Shown one piece after another: positions 25,852-35,536 of a stretch of 64,000 bases of DNA (position 1 is its first letter; each line of letters begins with the position of its first letter). Under the pieces are notes generated by a model. That model saw only the letters and a program-made list of their open reading frames with translations, was not told where the DNA came from and ran no database searches. A program made the position numbers and the translations under genes. The stretch is from a virus (Duplodnaviria > Caudoviricetes), in IMG/VR virus record IMGVR_UViG_3300042881_004206; one strand, 5' to 3'.

Positions 25852-27291
25852 ATGGAAATAGAAAATAATTTTAGTCAACCCGAAACACCAAATGGTGCAT
25901 ATTATCAACAAGACTTTGATTTAGAGTCTGTAGATATTCTCACCAATTCGGGTGAAAATATAAAATTAAAAAATTTGGTAACAGAATTGTCTTTTTTTGA
26001 AGACATTTATTCTTTTTCTGTTTCTGGATATGTTATTTTTAGAGATGCCATAGGTTTAATTGAAAAATTGTCACTTGACGGTAATGAATTTATACAAATA
26101 ACATACGGCAAAACAAAAACTCAAAGAGAAGAAAATAAAAATAAAAGAAAATATCGTGTTTATAAAGTTGGTGATAGAAGACCAATTGGTAATCACACAA
26201 GTGAATTTTTTACATTATTTTTCTGTTCTGAAGCTCTGATGTTATCGGAACAAATAAAAATTAGAAAATCATATCCTAAAAGACAAATTTCAACAATAAA
26301 GGGCACAAGAGAGGGTATCATTAATGATATTCTCTATAATCAATTGAGAGTGCCAGAAAATCGAATTGTTAGACTAGAAGAATCGTATGGTGTATATGAT
26401 TTTGTTGTTCCCACATTGAAACCATTTGAAGCTATCAGTTGGTTATCGACATATGCAAGACCAAAGGACACTCAAATTGGTGCCGATATGTTATTTTTCG
26501 AAACAAATGATGGTTATTATTTTAGGTCTCTACAATCAATGTATAGAGATATACCATACAAAACATATAAGTTTCAACCAAAGAATGTGGATCCCAACAC
26601 TGAGCCCGGTGAATTTGAAAACGGGTTTGTTACGGTTTTAGATATACAATTTCTGAAAACTTTTGATGTATTAAATGAGACAAGCTCGGGAACTTATGCT
26701 AACAAATTAATAACAATTGATCCTTTAACAAAGAGTTTCAGAGTCACAAATTATAGTTACGAAAAAGATTATTTGTTGAATAATGGAAAAAATAAACCAT
26801 CCACATTAAATGAAAATCCTCCTTTGGGACCAGGCAAGAATAGATTGGGAACACCACAGACAGCAGCGTATGATTCAACTGTAAAAGTCGCTTTTAGTAA
26901 TGCCAATCAGTCTTTTGCACCATTTATTAAGGATGCAGAAGGTAGTGTTGCACAAGATATTTTTGTGGAAACATATGTGCCATACAGAACTGCACAAATT
27001 TCACTTGCAAATTATACGGTTTTAAAAATTTTGATTCCTGGTGATAGTGCAATTACAGCAGGCAGAACAATCAATTTAAATCTGTATTCTCTTGCAACAG
27101 ATGAAAATAATATGAGAAAATTGGATAATTATTTTTCGGGTAAATACTTGGTGACAGCTGTAAGACATATCATGCAGTCAACAGGCGCGTATCAAACAAT
27201 ATTAGAAATTGCAAAAGAAAGTTCCAAAAAACGAATTTCTTCTCCAAATTTATCATCTTCAACATATCAAAAAGAACTGCAAGAATCATGA
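25852..27291 (+). CDS. baseplate hub protein (gp27-like position)
   Basis: FFEDIYSFSVSG, PFEAISWL, FFETNDGYYFRSL, SGKYLVTAVRH; between gp53 and gp5. Confidence 0.7.
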   Translation: MEIENNFSQPETPNGAYYQQDFDLESVDILTNSGENIKLKNLVTELSFFEDIYSFSVSGYVIFRDAIGLIEKLSLDGNEFIQITYGKTKTQREENKNKRKYRVYKVGDRRPIGNHTSEFFTLFFCSEALMLSEQIKIRKSYPKRQISTIKGTREGIINDILYNQLRVPENRIVRLEESYGVYDFVVPTLKPFEAISWLSTYARPKDTQIGADMLFFETNDGYYFRSLQSMYRDIPYKTYKFQPKNVDPNTEPGEFENGFVTVLDIQFLKTFDVLNETSSGTYANKLITIDPLTKSFRVTNYSYEKDYLLNNGKNKPSTLNENPPLGPGKNRLGTPQTAAYDSTVKVAFSNANQSFAPFIKDAEGSVAQDIFVETYVPYRTAQISLANYTVLKILIPGDSAITAGRTINLNLYSLATDENNMRKLDNYFSGKYLVTAVRHIMQSTGAYQTILEIAKESSKKRISSPNLSSSTYQKELQES

Positions 27292-28454
27292 ACAACTTTA
27301 TAGGTAAAGACGGTTTTTATTGGTGGGTTGGTGTTGTCGAAGATAACAAGAGCGATCCACTTGGTTTAGGTCGTTGTAAAGTCAGAATTTTTGGTTGGCA
27401 TACTGAGAATTTATTGGAAATGCCGACCGAAGATTTGCCATGGGCTCAGGTTTTACTATCACCTTCAGCAGCATTGTCGGCAACTACAGTGCGTGAAGGT
27501 GATTATGTTGTTGGTTTTTTCCAAGACGGAATGTCGGCTCAAGCACCAGTAATTTTTGGTATATACAACGGTGTCGAAACACAAGAACCTGATACATCTA
27601 AAGGTTTTTCACCACAAGTTGACAAACAAGAAGTTCCTGTGCCACCAGAGGGTGTGGTGGATAGAAAGGTCGGTGAACCAAACACACCAAGACCATATAG
27701 AGGTGTAATTGTCGACACCATGATATCAAAATCAAATGCAAATTTGGCTCACGCTTGCGGATTTAAATTTAATCTGAATATCAATGTTGACCTTGGATTA
27801 GGAACAATCACAGCAGTCAAAAGATTAGCGACAGCGCTCCAGAGAGGTATACGTGACGGCAAAAAAGGTTTTGCAAATGTTGTCAGAGCTCAGATGGGAA
27901 AAATTGTTTCGACCTTGAGAAAGGGTTTAGATGCAATCGTGAAAGCTGTTGGTATTGCCGATGTTACTGGTGTTGTGTCTATTTCATTTTCAGCAGTAAA
28001 GGATATTGTCAGTCAGCTGAATTCATTACTGTCTCAGGCAGCAGATATGCTTTACAATGTTGGTTTGGCTTTAGGTGTTGTGCAGGGCATACAAGAATTT
28101 ATTAAGTGGATTGGAACACTACCACAAAATATAAAGAATATTTTTATGAACTGTTTGAGTAATTTCACAAGATCGGTACAAAATCTCACAAATGACTTAA
28201 ATGCGTTACCGAAACAACTGGAAACGAGCATTGGTTCACAATTTAATTCGTTTACCGATAGCTTAAATTCTTCAATAAATACAATTCGTGGCGAATCAAC
28301 AGCAGCTTCAAGTTCACAATCGCAAACGATGACGAAATTGATAAATGGTGATTCCAGCACCAAAACTTTAAACGAATTGAGTACAATGTTGAAACCTAAG
28401 AGTAATCAAGAAATATTATCTGAAGTCACGCAGTCTTCGCTACAAAGGCCATAA
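27288..28454 (+). CDS. gp5: gp5 N-terminal OB-fold protein with a long helical C-terminal domain
   Basis: WWVGVVED..DPLGLGRCKVRIFGWH, LPWAQV, VVGFFQDG..AQAPVIFG. Confidence 0.8.
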   Translation: MNNFIGKDGFYWWVGVVEDNKSDPLGLGRCKVRIFGWHTENLLEMPTEDLPWAQVLLSPSAALSATTVREGDYVVGFFQDGMSAQAPVIFGIYNGVETQEPDTSKGFSPQVDKQEVPVPPEGVVDRKVGEPNTPRPYRGVIVDTMISKSNANLAHACGFKFNLNINVDLGLGTITAVKRLATALQRGIRDGKKGFANVVRAQMGKIVSTLRKGLDAIVKAVGIADVTGVVSISFSAVKDIVSQLNSLLSQAADMLYNVGLALGVVQGIQEFIKWIGTLPQNIKNIFMNCLSNFTRSVQNLTNDLNALPKQLETSIGSQFNSFTDSLNSSINTIRGESTAASSSQSQTMTKLINGDSSTKTLNELSTMLKPKSNQEILSEVTQSSLQRP

Positions 28455-28456
28455 TT

Positions 28457-29299
28457 ATGTCTAATGCACCAATGGGTTTTGATGGTTTTGTGGAACCAGT
28501 TTCTGCTGCTAACACAGATTATCAACCACAATATCCTTATAATAATATTACACAAACCAGAAGTGGACATAGTTTTGAACTGGATGATACGCCAACCAGA
28601 GAAAGAATTCGTTTGCAACACCGTTCTGGTACATTTACTGAAATGCACCCAAACGGCGACCAAGTTTGTAAAATATTTGGTAATGGTTATACAATCACAT
28701 TAGGCGATCATAATGTTTTGATTGGTGTTGACGGACAATCAAACAATAAATTAAACATCACAGTAAATGGTGATGTGAATTTAAATGTCAAGGGTGATTT
28801 TAATCAAGAGGTTGACGGCAATTATAACTTACATGTAAAAGGTAATTACACACAAACTGTCGACCAAATAACTGATATTGCATCTGTTGGCGACATGAGA
28901 GTGTCTGCTGGTGGATTTGCAGGTGGTGCTCTACGAATCAATCCAGGCGATGAGGTTCGTATTGAAGGCGACCTTAGAGTTAGTGGTGAAGTTAGAGCTA
29001 CACTTATTAATTCATCCACAAGAGTTAACGCACAAACTGGAATGACTGCTGGCGTACAAGGTATTGTTAGTTTGGGAGGTGTTTCAGTCGGTAGTCCAAC
29101 TCCTCCTATTCCAGGTACAGTTTTGGCTACTGCTTCGGTAATTGCACCGCTTTTATATGGAACTTCGATGACATACGGCAGTGTTATTATGGATCCTACT
29201 GGTGGATTACCAATGGTACGAACATTGTTCAATAGTCATAGACATATTGCACCAAATGGTCCAACATCAGGACCACTACCTTTAATGCCCTTACCATGA
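28457..29299 (+). CDS. gp5: gp5 C-terminal beta-helix spike protein
   Basis: YPYNNITQTRSGHSFELDDTP, HRSGTF, VxGxxxxx repeats, terminal SHRH. Confidence 0.85.
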   Translation: MSNAPMGFDGFVEPVSAANTDYQPQYPYNNITQTRSGHSFELDDTPTRERIRLQHRSGTFTEMHPNGDQVCKIFGNGYTITLGDHNVLIGVDGQSNNKLNITVNGDVNLNVKGDFNQEVDGNYNLHVKGNYTQTVDQITDIASVGDMRVSAGGFAGGALRINPGDEVRIEGDLRVSGEVRATLINSSTRVNAQTGMTAGVQGIVSLGGVSVGSPTPPIPGTVLATASVIAPLLYGTSMTYGSVIMDPTGGLPMVRTLFNSHRHIAPNGPTSGPLPLMPLP

Positions 29300-29309
29300 T
29301 GGAGTTGAG

Positions 29310-30116
29310 ATGACTACGATATATGAAAGACTGAATATTACCTTTACAAACTTCGGAGAAGCGTCAAACCTTTCTCCTGGTGCAGCAAATTCACTGACTT
29401 TTATTGCCGAGAATACTCCACCACTATCTGATTGGCAAAAATCAGACTTGGCCAATGGAAATATACAAAAAACAAATTATTTCCAGAATCCTATGGCCAA
29501 TAATGTTGCAACAATTACTGCAAACACAACAATCATCATAAATTCAGGCAACTTAGTCGGTGACACCGAAATGGTAAGCATCGGTCAAGCATTGAATGCT
29601 GAACTACAACTTTACAAAAAACACACAGATAATATTTCCGGTGTTACAATTGTAAACAGTGCGAACGTGCCAGCTTATGATACTGCATCTTCAGTGGGTC
29701 AACAAATTATGATGATTTTGGCTAAAACGGATGGTATGGTTTCGGTACAAAACACCGCACCAATCTTGGGTGCATTCACAAGTCTGTTTATTCGTGATGA
29801 GATGAAAGCCAATAATGATAAAATTGCGTATTATGCAAATATCTACTTTTCCAATACGCAACCTTATGGTGAAGGTTATACCAACCTACTTCCACCAGAA
29901 GAAATCGCAAACATTAAGAGTTACCTACAAAACACAACATCCCAATTGTATACAAGAAGAACAGAAGATGTCGCTTTCTATCTGAATGCGGCTCAAGTCA
30001 TGCAGGATTATGGCTATTTGCAACAATTTTCGAACGCAGGTGGTACAAATACTTATTTAATGAAAAATGTGGTGGGTACGCCAAGACTTGCAAACAATTT
30101 AAGTTCAAATACATGA
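29310..30116 (+). CDS. hypothetical structural protein
   Basis: 268 aa between spike and gp25; GGAG RBS. Confidence 0.6.
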   Translation: MTTIYERLNITFTNFGEASNLSPGAANSLTFIAENTPPLSDWQKSDLANGNIQKTNYFQNPMANNVATITANTTIIINSGNLVGDTEMVSIGQALNAELQLYKKHTDNISGVTIVNSANVPAYDTASSVGQQIMMILAKTDGMVSVQNTAPILGAFTSLFIRDEMKANNDKIAYYANIYFSNTQPYGEGYTNLLPPEEIANIKSYLQNTTSQLYTRRTEDVAFYLNAAQVMQDYGYLQQFSNAGGTNTYLMKNVVGTPRLANNLSSNT

Positions 30117-30202
30117 TTTTCCAAAAATTCGAATTTTTATGTTCCGGCCCGAGAATTTTTTCCACGCAAGCTCAAAATCCAAAATAGCGTTTTACTCCTA
30201 GA

Positions 30203-30210
30203 GATAAATA
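30203..30210 (+). promoter_or_regulatory. late promoter variant upstream of gp25
   Basis: GATAAATA, 5 nt before ATG 30215. Confidence 0.5.
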
Positions 30211-30214
30211 AAAG

Positions 30215-30607
30215 ATGGCAACTTTAAATAAAATATACTCAGACATAGATTTTACCTTCACCAAGAAACCGGTGTTAGGTGATATTGCTTTGAGTTATGA
30301 TAATCAAGCGGTCATTCGATCTATACGAAACTTATTGTCGACCAAATTTTATGAGAGGCCTTTTAATCCGAGTTTAGGTTCCAATATAGATTCTTTACTA
30401 TTTGAACCTATTTCTCCGATGACGACAAGTGCAATTGAACAAAACATAAAACAGACAATCGAAAATTATGAGCCTAGAGCCATATTGAAAAGTGTGGTTG
30501 CAGAGCCTGATGAAGAAAACAATGCATATAATGTAACAATTACTTTCTTCCTACAAAATGCGACACAACCAACAACAGTAACACTTTTTTTAGAGAGAAA
30601 TAGATAA
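30215..30607 (+). CDS. gp25: baseplate wedge gp25
   Basis: YSDIDF, AVIRSIRNL, ERPFNP, IENYEPR, LERNR. Confidence 0.92.
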   Translation: MATLNKIYSDIDFTFTKKPVLGDIALSYDNQAVIRSIRNLLSTKFYERPFNPSLGSNIDSLLFEPISPMTTSAIEQNIKQTIENYEPRAILKSVVAEPDEENNAYNVTITFFLQNATQPTTVTLFLERNR

Positions 30608-30608
30608 A

Positions 30609-32687
30609 ATGGCAGGTGCAAATTCTAATATCCAAATGACAGATTTGGATTTCAATAACATTAAGAATAACCTAAAAACATTTTTACAGTCACAGGATAT
30701 TCTGAAAGACTACAATTACGAAGGTTCTGCACTTTCGACTTTATTGGATATTCTTGCTTATAACACGCAATATAATGCATACTATCTCAATATGGTTGCA
30801 AATGAAATGTTTTTGGACACGGCATTACAAAGAGATTCTGTAGTTTCACTTGCAAAATTATTGAATTATGTTCCAAAATCTGCAACAGCACCACAGGCAA
30901 CAGTAAATTTTAGAGTTAATCAAGTTTCTGATTCTACTTTGTCTTTACCCAAGTTCACACCATTTTTATCGGAAGCTATTGATGGAGTAAATTATAACTT
31001 TGTTGCGGCCGACACATATACAACATCGGTTTCTGCAAATACGGCTGTATTTAATAATGTGATACTGAAACAAGGAATTCGATCTTCAGTATCATATGTC
31101 GTCAATTCAGTACAAAATCCAAAATATATTTTTCAAATACCAAATGAGAATGTTGACATAAGCACACTATCGGTTATTGTTGCTCAAGCATCACCTGACC
31201 CTTCATCGAATGTCTACACTCGTGCCACAAATTATCTGTCATTAGATTCAACTTCTACTGTTTACTTTTTACAAGAAGGTAAAGGTGGAAAATATGAAAT
31301 ATATTTTGGTGATGATGTATTGGGTAAAAAATTAGTAGATGGCCAATCTGTTTTCATGGAATATCTTGTAACACAAGGTGTCTCTGCGACTGGTGCAAAT
31401 AATTTTACATTGATGGGTAATATATCCGGATATGCAAATACATCCGTACAACCTTTAGTTGCTGCCACTCAAGGCTCTGAAAAAGAATCGTTGGATTCCA
31501 TTAAATTTCAAGCACCAAAGTCATATTCCGCACAGGGGCGTGCTGTCACTAAAGAAGATTATATAACGGCAATTAAACAAAATAATTTAGGTTATGCTGT
31601 GGACGCAGTGAGTGTGTGGGGCGGAGAAGAAAATGATCCTCCAGTTTTCGGGCAAGCATTTATTGCAATTAAACCTTCTGGTGGTTATTTACTGACAGAC
31701 ACACAAAAAGAAAGATTGATACAAGATGTTATCAAACCTATTTCTGTGGTAACTGTTGAACCCACAATTGTAGATCCTGACTATACATATATCAATGTCA
31801 CATCAAATGTTTTGTATGATCCTAAGAAGACAAGTAGATCATCTCAACAGTTACAATCTTTGGTGAAAAACGCAATCTATAATTTTGGTAACACAACATT
31901 AAATAGTTTTAATTCAACTTTTGTACAGTCCGATCTGATCAATTTGATAAAAAATATAGACTATTCAATTATTGCATGTGAGATTTCAGTAGATGTACAA
32001 AAGAAGTTTTTACCAAATTTAACCACACCAACAACTTATAAGTTATATTATGGTTCTCCTTTGTCGAAAGGTATTTTCTCCAGTAGTGTTAGGAGCAATC
32101 CATCGATGCAATACAGAAATCCTGAAAATGCATCACTTGTAATTGATGGTGTGTATTTGGAAGAAGAACCTTCACCAACAGCCGGTTTATCGTCTGTTCA
32201 GATTACAAATCCTGGTTTTGGTTATCAGAGTACACCAACAGTTACAATTTATGGTGATGGTACAGGCGCAACAGCTATGGCAGTACTGAGTACAAGTGGA
32301 AGTATCAGAGAAATTAAAGTTACAAACGCAGGTTCAGGATATACCAGTGCGGTTGTTGTCGTAACGCCGGCAGCTGGTGACACCACAGGACAACTATGTT
32401 CTGCTGTGGCTGTTTTAGAAGGTCAGTTTGGAAATCTAAGACTATATTATAACAATGTGAATACCGGAAAATCTTTCATCACCAAAAATGCTGGCACAAT
32501 TGATTATGTGAATGGTGTAATTACATTGGATTCTTTTAATCCATTATCAATAAATGATCCTTTGGGTCAATTGACTGTAACCGCAAAACCAACCACATCA
32601 ATTATTTCGTCTACATATAATCGCATAATTACAATAGATCAATTCGATCCAACATCTGTAGTCGTTAATATTTCTGCCAAGTCATGA
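30609..32687 (+). CDS. gp6: baseplate wedge gp6
   Basis: LDFNNIK, DYNYEGS, LAYNTQYNAYY, FLDTA, YFGD, QGRAVTKEDY, VWGGE. Confidence 0.93.
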   Translation: MAGANSNIQMTDLDFNNIKNNLKTFLQSQDILKDYNYEGSALSTLLDILAYNTQYNAYYLNMVANEMFLDTALQRDSVVSLAKLLNYVPKSATAPQATVNFRVNQVSDSTLSLPKFTPFLSEAIDGVNYNFVAADTYTTSVSANTAVFNNVILKQGIRSSVSYVVNSVQNPKYIFQIPNENVDISTLSVIVAQASPDPSSNVYTRATNYLSLDSTSTVYFLQEGKGGKYEIYFGDDVLGKKLVDGQSVFMEYLVTQGVSATGANNFTLMGNISGYANTSVQPLVAATQGSEKESLDSIKFQAPKSYSAQGRAVTKEDYITAIKQNNLGYAVDAVSVWGGEENDPPVFGQAFIAIKPSGGYLLTDTQKERLIQDVIKPISVVTVEPTIVDPDYTYINVTSNVLYDPKKTSRSSQQLQSLVKNAIYNFGNTTLNSFNSTFVQSDLINLIKNIDYSIIACEISVDVQKKFLPNLTTPTTYKLYYGSPLSKGIFSSSVRSNPSMQYRNPENASLVIDGVYLEEEPSPTAGLSSVQITNPGFGYQSTPTVTIYGDGTGATAMAVLSTSGSIREIKVTNAGSGYTSAVVVVTPAAGDTTGQLCSAVAVLEGQFGNLRLYYNNVNTGKSFITKNAGTIDYVNGVITLDSFNPLSINDPLGQLTVTAKPTTSIISSTYNRIITIDQFDPTSVVVNISAKS

Positions 32688-35533
32688 TTGATAATTTTCA
32701 AAAAAATTCCATATTAATACCTGAACAACTTCCCGAATTTATTCGGGATAATCCAGAGTATTCCAATTTCGTATTGTTTATAAAAGCATATTATGAATGG
32801 ATGGAACAAAATGGTCAGGTAACTGAACGCACCAGAAATCTTTTAAATTATCGTGACATAGACAAGACTACATCAGAATTTATTGATTACTATATCAATG
32901 ACTTTTTGCCATATTTTCCAAAAGATATATTGGTAGATGAAGACAAAGCTGTCAAGTTAGCCCGACAACTGTATCAGTCAAAAGGAACACCCGCATCTTA
33001 CGCTTTTTTGTTTAAAGTTTTATATAATTCTGATTTTGATATTTTTTACAATAAAGAAGCAGTTCTGAAACCATCCGATGGTGTTTGGTATATTGCAAAA
33101 AGTCTTAGACTAGGTACAACAGACGATAATTTCACCAAAGTAGATAATCTCAGACTTTTTGGTGAATCGTCCAAGTCAATTGCAACCATAGAAAACTCTA
33201 TACAAGCAAAAGACAAAACAGAAGTTTTCATTTCTAACATTCAAAGATTGTTTGAGTCTGGTGAATTTGTCAGAGTAGTTGACAATCAAAACAGAGATGT
33301 TTTATTCAATGGTCAACCACTTAGAGCCAAAATTTTAGGTCAATTAAGTCAGATACTGGTTGATCCTAAGAAAAGAGGTCTGTTATATCAAGTTGGCGAT
33401 CCAGTTGTTGTATTTGGTGGATTGAATTCAAATACTGGTATCGGTGCTATTGCTGAAGTTTCAGAAACAACAACAGGTTCCGTTAAAAGTGTTTCTGTTT
33501 TAGAAGGCGGGCAAGGTTATGTTTCACTAACCAGCACACCAACAGTTCCACCAAATACACAAATAGTTTTCGAAAATCTAAACAGTGGTGCAGCTTCACC
33601 GGTTGCAGTTGTTGCTTCTGTTGATCCAGATCAGGCATCAAATGTAGCTTTAGTTGCAACAGATTCGATTGAATTAAAAGCAGGAATACCAATAGGCAAT
33701 GCATACTACAATTTTGCGGCAAATTTAAATGCAAATGTAAGTTGTACACTAGCTAATGCACTTTCTTTCATAACATATTCTACGGGCCCAATAACATCTG
33801 TTATTGTAACCAATTCTGGTGGTGGTATTTCAACCATACCTGATGTTGTTGCAAGATCAATGTACCCCAATGACATTTTAGGTGGATCGAATCTGAAGAA
33901 CTTGGGCATCTTAGGGCCAATTAAAATTTTAAATGGTGGCCGAGGATATCAAAACAATGATACAATTGTGTTTACTGGTGGCACAGGATATGGTGCATAC
34001 GCAAAAGTAAATGGCGTAAATGCAACTGGATACATACAGTCCGTTGGTTATTATACTGTAGCAAACAGTTATTCACTTGGCGGTATGGGTTATCGTACCG
34101 AATATTTACCAGCATTATCTGTTTCTTCAGCCAATGCAAATGCAACTGGCGCATTACTGGTTGTATCAGGAATATTAGGTGATGGCGCTGAATTTGGTGT
34201 TGTTGTCGACCGAGCAGGTTCTGTAACAAGAATTAAGATGACTGAATTTGGTGAAGATTACATTGCAACACCAAATGTTTCTCTGAGAGTACAAGACATT
34301 GTTGTTTCAAATGTTTCATTGTCAAACTTACCTGACAGAAATTCTATAGTCTACCAAGGTTCAAATGTTGCAACTTCTGCTTACATTTCTCGTTACGATT
34401 CGGTATCTCTACTTGCACCAGATGCGGATTCATCCAAATCATTATATCGTCTAAGAGTTTATAACTATAATTCTTCTCCCAACACACAACTCAATTTATC
34501 AGTTCAAGACAAAAATATTAATTTTGTTATGGCAAACACGGCCTGGCTCGCACCTGGCCAGGTTTCATCAAACTATAACAGATTTGGTGTGAGAGTTTAT
34601 GGTGATGGTACTGCAAGAGCGAATGCAACTTTCTTGAACGGTTTGACTTTAGGTGATGGCCAATGGTTAAATTCTCGCGGCCGTCTTTCTTCTTTCTCTA
34701 AGTTACAAAACGAAGATTACAACAATTACACATATCAAGTAACAGTAGAAAAAGAAATTACCAAATACAGAGAAGTATTGTTGGAGTTATTACATCCTAT
34801 CGGTATGAAATTGATAGGTCGTTACAGTAATAGAGACCAAAAAGATTATGATTTTCATCCACAAACAGCTTTAAAATTTGGAAGAAATTTATTCTCTTAC
34901 ACAGGAACAGCCGCTTCTGCGGTGCAAGTTTACGCTGATTGGACCAATAAGAGCAATAACATATTGAATTTTGTTAATATGAGTGGTGCTAATGTTGCAA
35001 ATGTTGTATTTGCCAACAGTACAATATCTCTGAATAGTTTAACTGGTCCAGATTTTATCGCCGAAGTTGAATCAATTGATGGTGCAAATAACATAGTTGT
35101 TATGAAAAGCAATGTTTGGTTAACTTTCCCAAATGTTGCTTATGTGAGTGCAAATGCCAACTCTAATGTAATAAATATCAGATCAGTGACAAATTCTTAT
35201 AATATTGTTAATAACGGAAATTATAGCAACACAATGTATCCGATGATGGATATTGTATTCACGGGTGATAATATAAGGATAGGTAATGTAGTTAAACAAG
35301 TTCAACAACTTGATTTGGCCCGCAATAGAATTTTTGTTGCAAATAATTTCTCAACGAATGTATCGAATTCATTAATGTCCGTAAATAGAGTGTTAACAGC
35401 CGGCGGTCAGTTGTCGAGACAAGACGAAGTTATAATTTATGGTCCAGTTGGCACACAATACATACCAGAACTAATAACAGAATCGGGTGATACACTCACA
35501 ACCGAAGACGGAAAAATTCTAATCTTGGGGTAA
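32684..35533 (+). CDS. gp7: baseplate wedge initiator gp7-like
   Basis: QLPEFIR, FIKAYYEW, YQSKGT, LQNEDYNNYTY, LLHPIGM. Confidence 0.8.
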   Translation: MIDNFQKNSILIPEQLPEFIRDNPEYSNFVLFIKAYYEWMEQNGQVTERTRNLLNYRDIDKTTSEFIDYYINDFLPYFPKDILVDEDKAVKLARQLYQSKGTPASYAFLFKVLYNSDFDIFYNKEAVLKPSDGVWYIAKSLRLGTTDDNFTKVDNLRLFGESSKSIATIENSIQAKDKTEVFISNIQRLFESGEFVRVVDNQNRDVLFNGQPLRAKILGQLSQILVDPKKRGLLYQVGDPVVVFGGLNSNTGIGAIAEVSETTTGSVKSVSVLEGGQGYVSLTSTPTVPPNTQIVFENLNSGAASPVAVVASVDPDQASNVALVATDSIELKAGIPIGNAYYNFAANLNANVSCTLANALSFITYSTGPITSVIVTNSGGGISTIPDVVARSMYPNDILGGSNLKNLGILGPIKILNGGRGYQNNDTIVFTGGTGYGAYAKVNGVNATGYIQSVGYYTVANSYSLGGMGYRTEYLPALSVSSANANATGALLVVSGILGDGAEFGVVVDRAGSVTRIKMTEFGEDYIATPNVSLRVQDIVVSNVSLSNLPDRNSIVYQGSNVATSAYISRYDSVSLLAPDADSSKSLYRLRVYNYNSSPNTQLNLSVQDKNINFVMANTAWLAPGQVSSNYNRFGVRVYGDGTARANATFLNGLTLGDGQWLNSRGRLSSFSKLQNEDYNNYTYQVTVEKEITKYREVLLELLHPIGMKLIGRYSNRDQKDYDFHPQTALKFGRNLFSYTGTAASAVQVYADWTNKSNNILNFVNMSGANVANVVFANSTISLNSLTGPDFIAEVESIDGANNIVVMKSNVWLTFPNVAYVSANANSNVINIRSVTNSYNIVNNGNYSNTMYPMMDIVFTGDNIRIGNVVKQVQQLDLARNRIFVANNFSTNVSNSLMSVNRVLTAGGQLSRQDEVIIYGPVGTQYIPELITESGDTLTTEDGKILILG

Positions 35534-35536
35534 AAA

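Noticed and set aside
28440-28460. Frameshift or readthrough joining the two gp5 ORFs
   Set aside because: No slippery heptamer seen; TAA-TT-ATG spacing fits simple translational coupling
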